Assembly (NCBI GenBank): GCA_002011035.2 | Contig: MTLY02000003.1 | Span: 544,001-608,000, forward strand | Source of the DNA: Candidatus Hecatella orcuttiae | Lineage (GTDB): Archaea > Thermoproteota > Bathyarchaeia > Hecatellales > Hecatellaceae | Reading direction: 5' to 3' | DNA: 64,000 nt | Part shown: positions 17,867 to 27,321 of the stretch, in pieces | Layout of the letters: the number at the start of each line of letters is the position of its first letter | Position numbering within the stretch: position 1 is the stretch's first letter | Translations under genes and position numbers: made by a program | Notes under the pieces: model-generated | Told to the model about the DNA's origin: nothing | Databases searched by the model: none | What the model saw: the letters and a program-made list of their open reading frames with translations, nothing else

Positions 17867-19405
17867 CTAACCTCCCAACACCTGCTCAACGTAGTTGCCC
17901 GGATGTAAAGCCGCCTGCACAGCCGGCTCCACGAAGTTCAAGCCAAGCTGGGGGAACACTCCGAAAACAACAGCCGCCACCATCAGAGCGAGCATGGGAA
18001 CCAGCATCAGAGGGCCGGCTTCCCGAAGGTTTTCATGCTCCCGCCTAAGCTGGCCTAGGAAGACGCTGCGGAAGGCGTTCACTATGTAGGCTACGGCGAT
18101 AACGCTCATAACGGCTCCTAGGAGCACGTAGAAGATGAAAAGCGGCTGCCCTGTTTCAATGGCCGCCTTGAAGATGATCCACTTGCTGACAAAGCCGTTG
18201 AGGGGGGGAACCCCGGCTATTCCAAAGCCTCCGACGGCGAAGGCGCCCATGGTGAGGGGCATCTTCCTCCCCAGCCCGCCGAGCTTGGACATGTCCCTAA
18301 CTCCAGTTTGGTGGACGATGACCCCTGCGGCCAAGAAGAGAAGAGACTTCAAAACCGCGTGGTTGAGGAGATGGTACAGGCCCCCGGTGAGGCCTAGAAG
18401 GCTTCCGATCCCCACGCCGAAAAGGATGTAGCCGATGTTCATCACGCTGGAGAAGGCGAGCAGGCGTTTGATGTCGGTTTGGGCTAAAGCCATAAACCCT
18501 GAGAAAACCATGGTTACCACGCCTAGGGTGGAGAGGAAAATCAACAGCGCTTCTCCCGGCTGAACATGGTAGGCGGTGAACAGAACCCTGACCATGGCGT
18601 AGAGGCCGACCTTGATGTAGACTCCCGAAAGAATGGCGCTGATGGGGCTGGGAGCCGCGGGGTGAGCGTCGGGAAGCCAGGTGTGCATGGGGACAACGGC
18701 TGCCTTAACTCCGAAGCCCCAGATGAGAAGCGCCACGGCCAAGGGAGCCACTAAGGCGTTTCCCTCCAAGGTTCCAGGGAGAAACCTTTCCCCCGCGAGC
18801 CTCTGAGCTATGTCCGCCATGTTGAGGGTTCCTAGGGCGCCGTAGAGGAGGGCGATGCCGAGGAGAACCATGGAGGTAGCCGTAGCCCCCATGATGCAGT
18901 ATTTTATGCCGGCTTCAAGGCCTTCGTGGTCGAGGTTGAAGGCTACGAGGGCGTAGGTGGCGACGCTGGACAGCTCCAAGAAGACGAAGAGGTTGAAAAG
19001 GTCCCCGGTTAGGGTTATTCCCATCATGCCGCTTAGGATCAGCATGAGAAGCGCGTAGTAGTAGGTCTGCCCTCCCTCATGTTTCATGTATTCGATGGAG
19101 TAGAGAGCCGCCAGCATGGTGATCCCGGCTACCACCGCGGCTACAAACCCGTTGAGGGAATCCACAGCTAAAACGATGCCGAAGGGCGGCCTCCACCCAG
19201 CCATCTGGTGGGTGACAACTTGCCCGTCCATCACCGCGAAAAGGAGGGAGACCGTTAAGCTGAAGGTCACAGCCGTGGTTGCGAAGGCTGACCAAGCCTG
19301 AAGCCTAACTGGGACGAAGGAGCCCACGGCGACGAGGATAAATCCCGCAGCCAACGGGAGGATGATGGAGAACACTGGAAGCCATTCTAGGGGGATCACC
19401 GTCAA
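17867..19405 (-). CDS. mrpD: Antiporter subunit MrpD/MbhH
   Basis: GWRPPFGI, GDLFNLFVFLE, WLPDAHPAAP, GVPPLNGFVSKW. Confidence 0.9.
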   Translation of the reverse strand: MTVIPLEWLPVFSIILPLAAGFILVAVGSFVPVRLQAWSAFATTAVTFSLTVSLLFAVMDGQVVTHQMAGWRPPFGIVLAVDSLNGFVAAVVAGITMLAALYSIEYMKHEGGQTYYYALLMLILSGMMGITLTGDLFNLFVFLELSSVATYALVAFNLDHEGLEAGIKYCIMGATATSMVLLGIALLYGALGTLNMADIAQRLAGERFLPGTLEGNALVAPLAVALLIWGFGVKAAVVPMHTWLPDAHPAAPSPISAILSGVYIKVGLYAMVRVLFTAYHVQPGEALLIFLSTLGVVTMVFSGFMALAQTDIKRLLAFSSVMNIGYILFGVGIGSLLGLTGGLYHLLNHAVLKSLLFLAAGVIVHQTGVRDMSKLGGLGRKMPLTMGAFAVGGFGIAGVPPLNGFVSKWIIFKAAIETGQPLFIFYVLLGAVMSVIAVAYIVNAFRSVFLGQLRREHENLREAGPLMLVPMLALMVAAVVFGVFPQLGLNFVEPAVQAALHPGNYVEQVLGG

Positions 19406-19761
19406 CCGTGAAGCCTCCTAATTTTTCTCATGTCTAAGGTTCCGAAACGCTGGTAGATTTTCACAGCCAAGGCCAATGCGAAGGCGGCGATGCTCATGTT
19501 GATGACGATGGCGGTTAAGACCAGAGCTTGAGGCAGAGGGTCTACCGCCGCGGCTGTGAAGGCTGAGAAGTGTTCGATGCGTTCTTCGGTGAGGACGGGA
19601 GATATACCCCCAGCCCTGTAGCCTAGGCTGATGAAGAAGAGGTTCACTCCGTCGGCTAGGACGCCCATTCCCAAGATTATTTTGATGAGGTTTCTTTTTC
19701 GGAGGATGCAGTACAAGCCAAGCAGAATGATTACCATGGACACAGCGTAGGGAAAGTTCAC
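19402..19761 (-). CDS. mrpC: MrpC/MbhG subunit
   Basis: DPLPQALVLTAIVI motif. Confidence 0.92.
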   Translation of the reverse strand: MNFPYAVSMVIILLGLYCILRKRNLIKIILGMGVLADGVNLFFISLGYRAGGISPVLTEERIEHFSAFTAAAVDPLPQALVLTAIVINMSIAAFALALAVKIYQRFGTLDMRKIRRLHG

Positions 19762-19765
19762 CTCA

Positions 19766-20200
19766 TCACTTCCTCGCGAAGCAGTAGAACACTATCAGAA
19801 ACGCGGCGGCTACGTGGATGGCTTCCCCGATGTCGTAGAGCAGGAGGTTCCCTGAGCTGAAAAACTCGCTGGGAACCCCGAACAGGTAGACAGCCTCGTT
19901 TCTGAAGGGCCAGGAGAAAAACCAGAAGCCGAAGGTCAGCCCCAAAAGGCCCACCAGCAGAATCATCGCCGCGCCCAAGCCTCTGAGGCTGTCTCCAAAC
20001 CGGAAACCAAGCTTGCCCTCCATGAAGTCTAAGCCGAAGGCTAGGAGGAGAAGGAGGAAGGTGCTGCCCAGCATGACGCCGCCTTGGAAGCCTCCTCCCG
20101 GCGTGAGATGCCCGTGGAGGGCTACGGAGACCCCTACCAGCAGCATGGCCGGGGCGATAAGCCTGACCACGGTTTTAACGATGATGCTCATTCCTCTCAC
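19766..20200 (-). CDS. mrpB: MrpB/MbhF subunit
   Basis: HGHLTPGGGFQGG motif. Confidence 0.9.
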   Translation of the reverse strand: MRGMSIIVKTVVRLIAPAMLLVGVSVALHGHLTPGGGFQGGVMLGSTFLLLLLAFGLDFMEGKLGFRFGDSLRGLGAAMILLVGLLGLTFGFWFFSWPFRNEAVYLFGVPSEFFSSGNLLLYDIGEAIHVAAAFLIVFYCFARK

Positions 20201-20465
20201 TTTTTACCATCCTCCTAAAGAGGGTGACAACCCCCAGCACAGCCGCGAAGAGCACAGCTGTCTCCCCTAGAGTGTCGTAGCCTCGGTACTCCCAGATGAT
20301 AGCCTGCACGCTGTTCCAGGCTTTGACCTCCTCAAGACTCCGCTCCACATAATACTGACCCACCGGAAAGGGATGCGCGCCGAAGGGGGGAAGATAGAAG
20401 GCTGCGATCAGGATCAGAGTGAAGCTCACCGCTGCCAGAAAAGAAAACTCCACAAGCCTCCTCAA
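20175..20465 (-). CDS. MbhE-like subunit
   Basis: N.V.AI..EYRGYDTLGE motif. Confidence 0.85.
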   Translation of the reverse strand: MRRLVEFSFLAAVSFTLILIAAFYLPPFGAHPFPVGQYYVERSLEEVKAWNSVQAIIWEYRGYDTLGETAVLFAAVLGVVTLFRRMVKSERNEHHR

Positions 20466-20467
20466 AC

Positions 20468-20722
20468 CTACTCCTCCTCCATTCTCGAAGTCCTCATCAG
20501 CACAGCCACGAAAAGAGCGGTGAGAATGCCGGCTCCGATGGTAACCTGGGTTAGGGCGATGTCCGGGGCTTTCAGCATGAAGAACAGGAAAGCCAGCAGA
20601 ATGCTTTGAACAGCCGCCACGACAACCGCGTAAAGCAAGTCTTTGAGCTCGATGAAAACCAGTATGAGGAAAACCATGACGATGAGGAGAAAGTTGAAGA
20701 CTACGCCCGGCGGCTCAAACAT
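20468..20722 (-). CDS. MbhD-like (DUF4040) subunit
   Basis: APDIALTQ motif, 3 TM helices. Confidence 0.85.
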   Translation of the reverse strand: MFEPPGVVFNFLLIVMVFLILVFIELKDLLYAVVVAAVQSILLAFLFFMLKAPDIALTQVTIGAGILTALFVAVLMRTSRMEEE

Positions 20723-21059
20723 CTTTCTCCCCCTCCTTCAGCATGTCGCACACCGACCTAGGCCAGAGGGGCACCCTGCTTTTATGGGCGGCTCTCAGAA
20801 TCGCATGGGACCCAACCGGGGAAGTGAAAAAAATAACCGCGGCGATGATGAGGACTTTCAGGCTGGAGATGGGGTTTGAGGCTCCGAGGAAGAGGGCGAG
20901 GCCGAAGACGGTTACCACGGCTCCCCCGATCACGCTCACCGTGGCCGCGTGCATCCGAGTGTAGGCGTCGGGAAGCCTGAGAAGCCCCAGGGCTCCTACG
21001 AAGGAGGCGAAGATCCCCAAGGAGATTATTCCGCATCCCAGGGCTTGAAGCCAGGTCAG
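20715..21059 (-). CDS. mrpG: MrpG/MbhC subunit
   Basis: GLLRLPDAYTRMHAAT, PVGSHAI; frame extends to a CTG overlapping the mrpF stop (CTGA). Confidence 0.88.
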   Translation of the reverse strand: MTWLQALGCGIISLGIFASFVGALGLLRLPDAYTRMHAATVSVIGGAVVTVFGLALFLGASNPISSLKVLIIAAVIFFTSPVGSHAILRAAHKSRVPLWPRSVCDMLKEGEKDV

Positions 21060-21331
21060 TCTCCCAGCCCCCTTTTTTCAAGGTACTTGGAAATCGCCAG
21101 CGTCCCGATGAAGGAAAGGAAGACGAGGAGAAGAGCCACGTCGAGCATGATGGCTTCCTCGTGGTAGACGCCCAGCAAAACCATGAGGGCCACAATCATG
21201 CTTACAGCCGTGTCCCCGGCTAAGACCCGGTCGGGGGCGGTGGGGCCTCGGAGAACCCTGTAGAAGACGAGGCAGAGGCTTACCACCAGGCCGAACAGAG
21301 CTGCCAGCAGGAAGGTTTGAAAGGCGTCCAT
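21056..21331 (-). CDS. mrpF: MrpF/MbhB subunit
   Basis: RVLRGPTAPDRVLAGD, LSFIGT. Confidence 0.9.
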   Translation of the reverse strand: MDAFQTFLLAALFGLVVSLCLVFYRVLRGPTAPDRVLAGDTAVSMIVALMVLLGVYHEEAIMLDVALLLVFLSFIGTLAISKYLEKRGLGD

Positions 21332-21867
21332 CAACTGAAAAACCTCTTGGTGTATTCCTCGAATTTTGAGCTGATTTCCCTCCGGCAGACTTGGGGGTCG
21401 AGGCTTAGGACGTCGATCCAGTGGACGTAGTAGCATTTCTCCGCCTCGTCCACCTCCACCGTCACTGTTCCCGGAGTATTGGTGATGGAGTTTGCCACGC
21501 AGACTATCCCGCAGTCAGACTGGGTGGTGTAGGGAACCTTAACTATTCCCGGCCGAATGGGTAGGCTGGGGCTGAGTATCCGCTTGATGACGCTGAAGTG
21601 CGCCTTCACCTCCGCGTAAAACCAGTAGTAGACAAAGTAGACAACGGCCCAAAACCACTTGGCAGGGTCAACCTTATCGCGGACGCCGCCGGAAACCATC
21701 AGGCGGGAGGTGAAAAAAGCCACCAGCAAGCTGGAGAGGGCGCCTACCAGCAGCTCATCCGCAGCGAACACGCCCACCAAGGCGCACCACAATCCGAAGA
21801 GGACGATGAAGACGAGGAAAAGACGGGTTAAGCCTTGGAGTCTCCCAGCCCCATAGGTTCCCTTCAA
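21331..21867 (-). CDS. mrpE: MrpE/MbhA subunit
   Basis: PGIVKVP, ANSITNTPGT, VHWID. Confidence 0.9.
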   Translation of the reverse strand: MKGTYGAGRLQGLTRLFLVFIVLFGLWCALVGVFAADELLVGALSSLLVAFFTSRLMVSGGVRDKVDPAKWFWAVVYFVYYWFYAEVKAHFSVIKRILSPSLPIRPGIVKVPYTTQSDCGIVCVANSITNTPGTVTVEVDEAEKCYYVHWIDVLSLDPQVCRREISSKFEEYTKRFFS

Positions 21868-22073
21868 CAGTCACCCCAGCCACGCGGCGAATTTGGACTT
21901 TAATAGCTAGTTCAAGGTAAATTAAAATTTGCCCTTATAACTCTGATGGACTAAAGAGTTCGACCGGTTTGTTGTCATAAAAATTTATATTATTATCTGT
22001 CATTCGCTGATGGGAACTTCCCTAAAAGAATAAACCCGGAAAAATCACGCTGAAGTTTTTTATAAAAAAAAGT

Positions 22074-23879
22074 TTAGGGTGTTTTTAGGAGAGCGAGGGA
22101 GCGTTTGAGGATGGGGGCGCTGATCTTGCCGGCCGTGAAGGTGTTTCCTGTCTTCACGTTGTGGAGGGTGATCTTGGCGGGCGCGAAGAGGCCGGGGTCT
22201 ATCTTGTAGAAGTCGCCTCCCGCCTCCTTGAAAGTCTCATAGAAGGGTTTCCCGTAGTCCCTGGAAGCGATGGAGGGAGCCTCGTCGATGATGTTGATGA
22301 TTTCGTCGTCGGTTTTGCAGGCTACCTCATAGTAGACGTCGCCGCCGTAGAGGATCATGTCGTTGGTGATGCCCATGGCCACCTCGCTCTTGGGGTGCAC
22401 GGGGGCTATGGGAGCTGAGCCTTTCCCCTTTAGGATTTTGTTGGGGTTGAAGCCCAGTTCGGTGAGTTTGTGGATGCCTGTCTCCACCACCCTCCCGGCT
22501 ATCTGAACTGAGCCCACGAGGCTGGAGGTGGAGGCTATGAGCACGTACAAGCCCTCCAAGGGGACGTTGCAAGTTTCAGCCATCAGCTTCAACGCTGACT
22601 CCGTGGGAAGGCTGTCGGCTTCCAGCAGGATCACAGCAACCTTGGCTTCATCCTTGTAACAGAGCTTCTGGTAGAGCTTTTTAGGCTGGAGGGAAAGCGC
22701 CCTCGCCGGGCCGGAGCCCATGGCGAAATAGTCCTCCGTCTTGATGGCCCATCCTGCAAACTGAGCCCCCAGCGTGGCTACGGCCGGGTGGCCTGTGGTC
22801 GTCTCGTAGAGAGTCGGCAGCTCCAAGTCTTCACCGTATTTCTCCCTGCCGATGGATATCTCAGCCAAGTTGCCTAGGCAAATGAGGGTCACGATCTTCC
22901 CCGCTTCTTCGCTGCCTTTGGCTTTAAGGCCTACGTCCACCACCACGGCTCCTGAACTGTGCTTGGTAACTTGGACTCCCAGCCTCTCCGCTTCGTTGAT
23001 GAGCTTCTCCACCAAGGGAACGGTCAGCTGGTTGACGCTGACTCCTTCGGGGAAGACTTCCCCTTCAGGGTTGAGGCGGCGGTTTCGACATCGTGAAACG
23101 AAGAGCTTCCCGCTGCCTCCTTCGAGGCTGTCCCCGGTGTAGACGTAGAAGGACGCGGGAATCTTCTCAGCTCCCACCTTGGCTTTGTCCTTTATCTCCG
23201 TGTAGGTGAAGCTGGGAAGAATCTCAGCGACCTCTCCCTGAACGATGATGCGCCCTCCTTTCATGGCAGCGCCGACGCGGGGGCCGCAGTTTCCCTTGAC
23301 GAGGATAACTCCGTCCTGCATCCTGTGGCCTAAAAACTGGCCTGCATTCCCATCCACGGAGATGACTCCGCCTCTCATCCAGAGACCCGCATGGGTGCCG
23401 GTGTTGCCGTGGACGATGATGGAGCCGTTGAGCATGCCTTCTTGAACCCCTCGGTAGGGGGCTGCCAAGTAGTCGCCGGTGTTACCGAAGACTTCAATCT
23501 GGCCGCCGGCCATCATGGAGCCAGTCCAAGAGGCAGCGTTGCCCTTCACCGTTATGGAGCCGCCGGCCATCTCCTCCCCCAGATAGAAGCCGACGTTTCC
23601 CTCCACCACAAGCTTGCCGCCGTCCATTCCCTTCCCCACATACCTGAACTTGGAAAGGTCCCCTTTCAGGGTGACATCGCATTGGCTGGAGTCGGCGGCA
23701 GGCTCACCTTGGACTTTCACATCGAAGAACTCTCCCAGCTTAGCCGACCGTCCGCCTTCTAGGAGAGGAAGCTCCTCAATTTCTCCGCTGGATTTTCCGG
23801 CGAAGGCTTTCGGCGACAAGGCCTCCGCGAACACGGGAACTTTTGGGGCTTTTTTCAGTTGAAGTTTGATCTCCACCAA
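22074..23879 (-). CDS. fwdC-mch: Fusion of formylmethanofuran dehydrogenase subunit C (N-terminal) and methenyl-H4MPT cyclohydrolase (C-terminal)
   Basis: About 270 aa of GxxMxGG beta-helix repeats with PYRG, then Mch motifs SVN, SGPARAL, ETGIHK, TND, YGKPF, DFYKIDP..FAP. Confidence 0.92.
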   Translation of the reverse strand: MVEIKLQLKKAPKVPVFAEALSPKAFAGKSSGEIEELPLLEGGRSAKLGEFFDVKVQGEPAADSSQCDVTLKGDLSKFRYVGKGMDGGKLVVEGNVGFYLGEEMAGGSITVKGNAASWTGSMMAGGQIEVFGNTGDYLAAPYRGVQEGMLNGSIIVHGNTGTHAGLWMRGGVISVDGNAGQFLGHRMQDGVILVKGNCGPRVGAAMKGGRIIVQGEVAEILPSFTYTEIKDKAKVGAEKIPASFYVYTGDSLEGGSGKLFVSRCRNRRLNPEGEVFPEGVSVNQLTVPLVEKLINEAERLGVQVTKHSSGAVVVDVGLKAKGSEEAGKIVTLICLGNLAEISIGREKYGEDLELPTLYETTTGHPAVATLGAQFAGWAIKTEDYFAMGSGPARALSLQPKKLYQKLCYKDEAKVAVILLEADSLPTESALKLMAETCNVPLEGLYVLIASTSSLVGSVQIAGRVVETGIHKLTELGFNPNKILKGKGSAPIAPVHPKSEVAMGITNDMILYGGDVYYEVACKTDDEIINIIDEAPSIASRDYGKPFYETFKEAGGDFYKIDPGLFAPAKITLHNVKTGNTFTAGKISAPILKRSLALLKTP

Positions 23880-23885
23880 AACTTT

Positions 23886-25568
23886 TCACCCCGCCTTCAA
23901 AACCTGCGGTCGAGCTAGGGCGTCCTCAGGGATGATGAAGTTGTCGAACTCCACGGTGTAGTATTCCCTGAATTTGGCTTTCAAATTCGCCGCGGCCAGC
24001 CGGAGGACATCTTCCTCGATGTCAGGCTTAACCCAGAAAGTCTTCCCCCGAGGCGCAGTCTTGATCTCGCCTTTCTCCACCACCACTTGGCCCTCTTTCA
24101 CAACCCAGACCGCGTTTCCGAAGGCCTTCCTCACTTTCTTGTAGTCTTTGGACGGGTCCACCTCCCGGGGGTTAAGAGGATAGACGGCGACGTCGGCGTC
24201 AGCTCCCACACCTAGATGGCCTTTGTTTTTAAGGCCCAGCGACCGGGCTGTTCCCGCCCGGGTTACGACGGCTATCTCCGAGAAGCTGTACTCCCTGTCC
24301 AAGGAGCTGAGGTTAGACCTCTTCCTAGCCATCCGGGGGATTTTGGAGAGAACCCTCTCCCTAGCCTTCCGGCTCATCAGCCAAGCTATTACCTTCGGAT
24401 AGGCTGTGAAGGGCCCTGCGTTGGGGTGGTCGGTGGTCAGGAATACCCTCCAAGGGTCTCGGACGGCCAAGGCCAGCTCCAAGCCCACGGTCCACTGGAT
24501 GGCGTTGACGTAGTTGGACCTCTTGTAGAAGTAGGGGACAACCCCTGCGCTAGTCTCCACCTCCACATCGGAGTTAGTCCACTTGTTGCCGGTGAGCTGG
24601 TAGAGCTGGAACTGGAAGGGTCCATCCGCAGTCATGGTGGTGGCGTTTCCGAAGACAAGCTGACCTAGGTCGATGCTGACATGGCCGTGTCTGTTGACGT
24701 AGTTGGCTATCTCCACGCCTTCGGAGCTCATGGAAAGCCAGTCTCGGCCTCCGTAGCCTTCAAACTGCACGTGGGTGAGGTGGATGACAGGCTTCTCCCC
24801 GGCTAGGTCCCTCACGCAATCCATGGTCTCGATGGTGGTCTCGTAGTTGCCGGGGCGGCCTAGGTTGTTGGGATGAAGGTGAATAGGGTGAGGAAGGTTC
24901 AGCATCTTACTGATCTTACAGAGGCTTCGAACTATCTCCCTAGGTGTAATGCCGAAATTTGGAACTTCCTCATCCAACCCCAGTACGTTTCCACCCCAGT
25001 TCCAAGCCTCCAGCCCTCCGGGGTTGACGATTTTTATGGCATAGCCCTTGACAGCTTCCAGCATCCAAGCCACGTAGCCGGCTGCCTCCTCGATTCTCCC
25101 CGCCTTCAAATACTCCAGCAAGATGACGTCGTTGCCGAAGAGGGGGAAGCAAGCCTTATCCAAGATGGGTATATCGTCCAGCTCATCGTGGGTATGCCTT
25201 GCCTTCAACATGGGGGTAGCCGGCTCGAACACCGTGGTGTAGCCCATCTTGGCATAACGGTAGCCGGTGGTGAAGACCGAGGGCACGGTGCTCCCCACCC
25301 CAGACCGGGTGGTAGGCGTCTTAGCCTCCGGGTCCCTGAAGTGGTCCTCAGGCCTCATCAGCCGCCCCGCGTTCACCTTAGACCCAGCGATGTGGGAGTG
25401 AAGGTCCACTCCCCCAGGCATGACCATAAGGTTGGAGGCGTCGATAACCCGGGCTCCGCTGCTCACCGACTCCACCACTTTGCCGTCCCTGATGGCTATG
25501 TCCATCTTCTGGCCGTCGATCCCGTTGAGGGGGTCGAAGACGATGCCGTTTTTGATCAGAAGCTCCAC
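23886..25568 (-). CDS. fwdA: Formylmethanofuran dehydrogenase subunit A
   Basis: VDLHSH, GRLMRPEDH, KIVNPGG, HLHPNNLG.PGN, TTDHPNAGPF. Confidence 0.97.
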   Translation of the reverse strand: MELLIKNGIVFDPLNGIDGQKMDIAIRDGKVVESVSSGARVIDASNLMVMPGGVDLHSHIAGSKVNAGRLMRPEDHFRDPEAKTPTTRSGVGSTVPSVFTTGYRYAKMGYTTVFEPATPMLKARHTHDELDDIPILDKACFPLFGNDVILLEYLKAGRIEEAAGYVAWMLEAVKGYAIKIVNPGGLEAWNWGGNVLGLDEEVPNFGITPREIVRSLCKISKMLNLPHPIHLHPNNLGRPGNYETTIETMDCVRDLAGEKPVIHLTHVQFEGYGGRDWLSMSSEGVEIANYVNRHGHVSIDLGQLVFGNATTMTADGPFQFQLYQLTGNKWTNSDVEVETSAGVVPYFYKRSNYVNAIQWTVGLELALAVRDPWRVFLTTDHPNAGPFTAYPKVIAWLMSRKARERVLSKIPRMARKRSNLSSLDREYSFSEIAVVTRAGTARSLGLKNKGHLGVGADADVAVYPLNPREVDPSKDYKKVRKAFGNAVWVVKEGQVVVEKGEIKTAPRGKTFWVKPDIEEDVLRLAAANLKAKFREYYTVEFDNFIIPEDALARPQVLKAG

Positions 25569-26870
25569 TCAAGCCACCTCCTTGAGGCTTCTAACCTTGT
25601 GAAGTATATTTTCCAACACCTCCACATCTGGAAGGCAGTTGGGCGGAGGCTCCACGAATTTTCTGGTCTTCAAAGCCACTCCATCCATCCGGTAGACTGT
25701 TCCTCCATATTCGATGCCGTTGAAGGCCGCGGGAATCCGCACATCCGCCAAAAGGCTTGTGGCCGTGAGGGTTGGGTCCACCACGGCGACGGGTATGTTG
25801 GCTAGGTTTTTCACAGCTGCCCAAGGCATGTGGGAAGCAGGGTCGGAGGCCACCACCAGCGCCGCGTCTACTTCCCCCCGAACCAGCAGGTCGGCGGCGG
25901 AGGTTTCTCCCGGGTTAAACCGGGGATAGCCGTGGCTGAAATCCACGGCGAAAGGATAGCCCGTCTGCCATAAGGCAACCTTGTTGGCTCCTGTGACGTT
26001 GTAGTGGCCTCGCATGGGCAGCATGAGGAATTTGGTTTTGAGGTTGAGGTCCCTCACCAAGGAGATGGCGGCGGCGATGTTTTCGTTTTTTGCACTGGAC
26101 TGGGTTAGGCCGAGGCCGAAGAAAAGCATCCCAAACTCGCAGCTCACCATCATTTCAGCCAGCTCCTCGATTTTTTCCACCGGAACCCCGGCCACGGCTT
26201 CCGTTTCAAACTCCATGTCCCTCACAGCCATCCTCAGGGCTGAGAGCAACTCGTAGTCCTTTCCGGGGTCAATCTGAAGGAACAGGTCCGCGGTCTTGGA
26301 GGTAACGGTCTTCCGTACGTCCACCACCACGATTTTCCGGTCTTTTCTCTGGCTTCTGAAAAGACCCTTGGTGAAGGCGGTATAACGGGTTGTATGCCTG
26401 ATGTGGGCTTGGGAGGGATTGCAGCCCCAGTAGATGATGAGGTCCGCCCTATGCCTAGCCTTTCCCAAGGTGCCTGTGGGCTCCCCCACGTCCTGTATGG
26501 CCTCCAAGCCGACTCCATGGCAGACGGTAGCAGTGTTGTCGAGGACCCCTCCCACCTCCTCTGTCAATTCTATGCCGACCTTGATGGCCTCGCAGCTGGT
26601 GTTACTCCACCCGTAGAGAAGCGGATACTTGGCCTCAGCCAGGATTCTAGCAGCCTTGTCCAAAGCTTCCTCAAGGCCGACTTTCCGAAAGCCTCCGTCC
26701 GCCCTCATGAGGGGATCCGGGTTTCGTTCTTCTTGAGAATGTAGAAATTTCTCGGTGGCTAGGGCGCAGGCGTATTTTACGCCTGTGATTTTGTTGTCCT
26801 CCACGGAAACTTCCAGGTCGTCGCAGACGCAGCCGCAAAAACTGCATAAGACATTCTTAACCACTACCAT
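25569..26870 (-). CDS. fwdB: Formylmethanofuran dehydrogenase subunit B (Cys form)
   Basis: CSFCGCVCDD, TVCHG, WGCNP, PMRGHYNV, GTVYRMD. Confidence 0.96.
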   Translation of the reverse strand: MVVVKNVLCSFCGCVCDDLEVSVEDNKITGVKYACALATEKFLHSQEERNPDPLMRADGGFRKVGLEEALDKAARILAEAKYPLLYGWSNTSCEAIKVGIELTEEVGGVLDNTATVCHGVGLEAIQDVGEPTGTLGKARHRADLIIYWGCNPSQAHIRHTTRYTAFTKGLFRSQRKDRKIVVVDVRKTVTSKTADLFLQIDPGKDYELLSALRMAVRDMEFETEAVAGVPVEKIEELAEMMVSCEFGMLFFGLGLTQSSAKNENIAAAISLVRDLNLKTKFLMLPMRGHYNVTGANKVALWQTGYPFAVDFSHGYPRFNPGETSAADLLVRGEVDAALVVASDPASHMPWAAVKNLANIPVAVVDPTLTATSLLADVRIPAAFNGIEYGGTVYRMDGVALKTRKFVEPPPNCLPDVEVLENILHKVRSLKEVA

Positions 26871-27259
26871 TTTTCATTTCCCCCTCTAGCTTCAGCCATG
26901 AGTTCCTCCAGGTCAGGAACCTTCTCCCCCGGAGCAGGTTCAACTTCAACCTCCAGACCCTTATAGCTGGGAGTGCCTGTCCCTCCGGTTTCCGGCCCGA
27001 CGAGGCGGTTGGCCCAAGGGCCCACGGGAATGAAAACCAAACCCGGGCGGGGTTCCCTAGATTTAGCCGCCTTAACGGTTATGCTCCCGTAGGGTGACGT
27101 AACCTTCACGGTCTGCCCCGGCTCGATCTTGAGGGCGGCCATGTCGCTTTCATCCATCTCGCACACGGCCACGCTGTCCTTGTACTTGGCGGAGAGTTTT
27201 CCATGTTCCTTCCCCTGAGCTTGAGCTATGGAGGTCCCGGTTATCAAAACTGCTTTCAA
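26864..27259 (-). CDS. fwdD: Formylmethanofuran dehydrogenase subunit D
   Basis: LITG.SIAQ, FIPVGPWAN, TGGTGTPSYKG; TTG start after AGGTGGA. Confidence 0.9.
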   Translation of the reverse strand: MKAVLITGTSIAQAQGKEHGKLSAKYKDSVAVCEMDESDMAALKIEPGQTVKVTSPYGSITVKAAKSREPRPGLVFIPVGPWANRLVGPETGGTGTPSYKGLEVEVEPAPGEKVPDLEELMAEARGGNEKW

Positions 27260-27321
27260 CTCTCTTCCACCTTTTCTGTTATTCTTCTTGCAGGAATTTA
27301 AGTTTCCGTTTAAACCCCCCA

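Noticed and set aside
21914-21936. Imperfect inverted repeat upstream of mrpE
   Set aside because: AT-rich, needs a gap to align and overlaps a probable promoter; too weak to call an operator
14751-25805. Long alternative-frame ORFs (e.g. 14751-15686 minus, 24873-25805 plus; also 2135-2872 and 37726-38376)
   Set aside because: Shadow ORFs overlapping well-supported genes, explained by GC-rich third-position bias; no motifs
25569-26870. Selenocysteine-containing FwdB
   Set aside because: The ligand position is a normal Cys codon (TVCHG) and the ORF is uninterrupted
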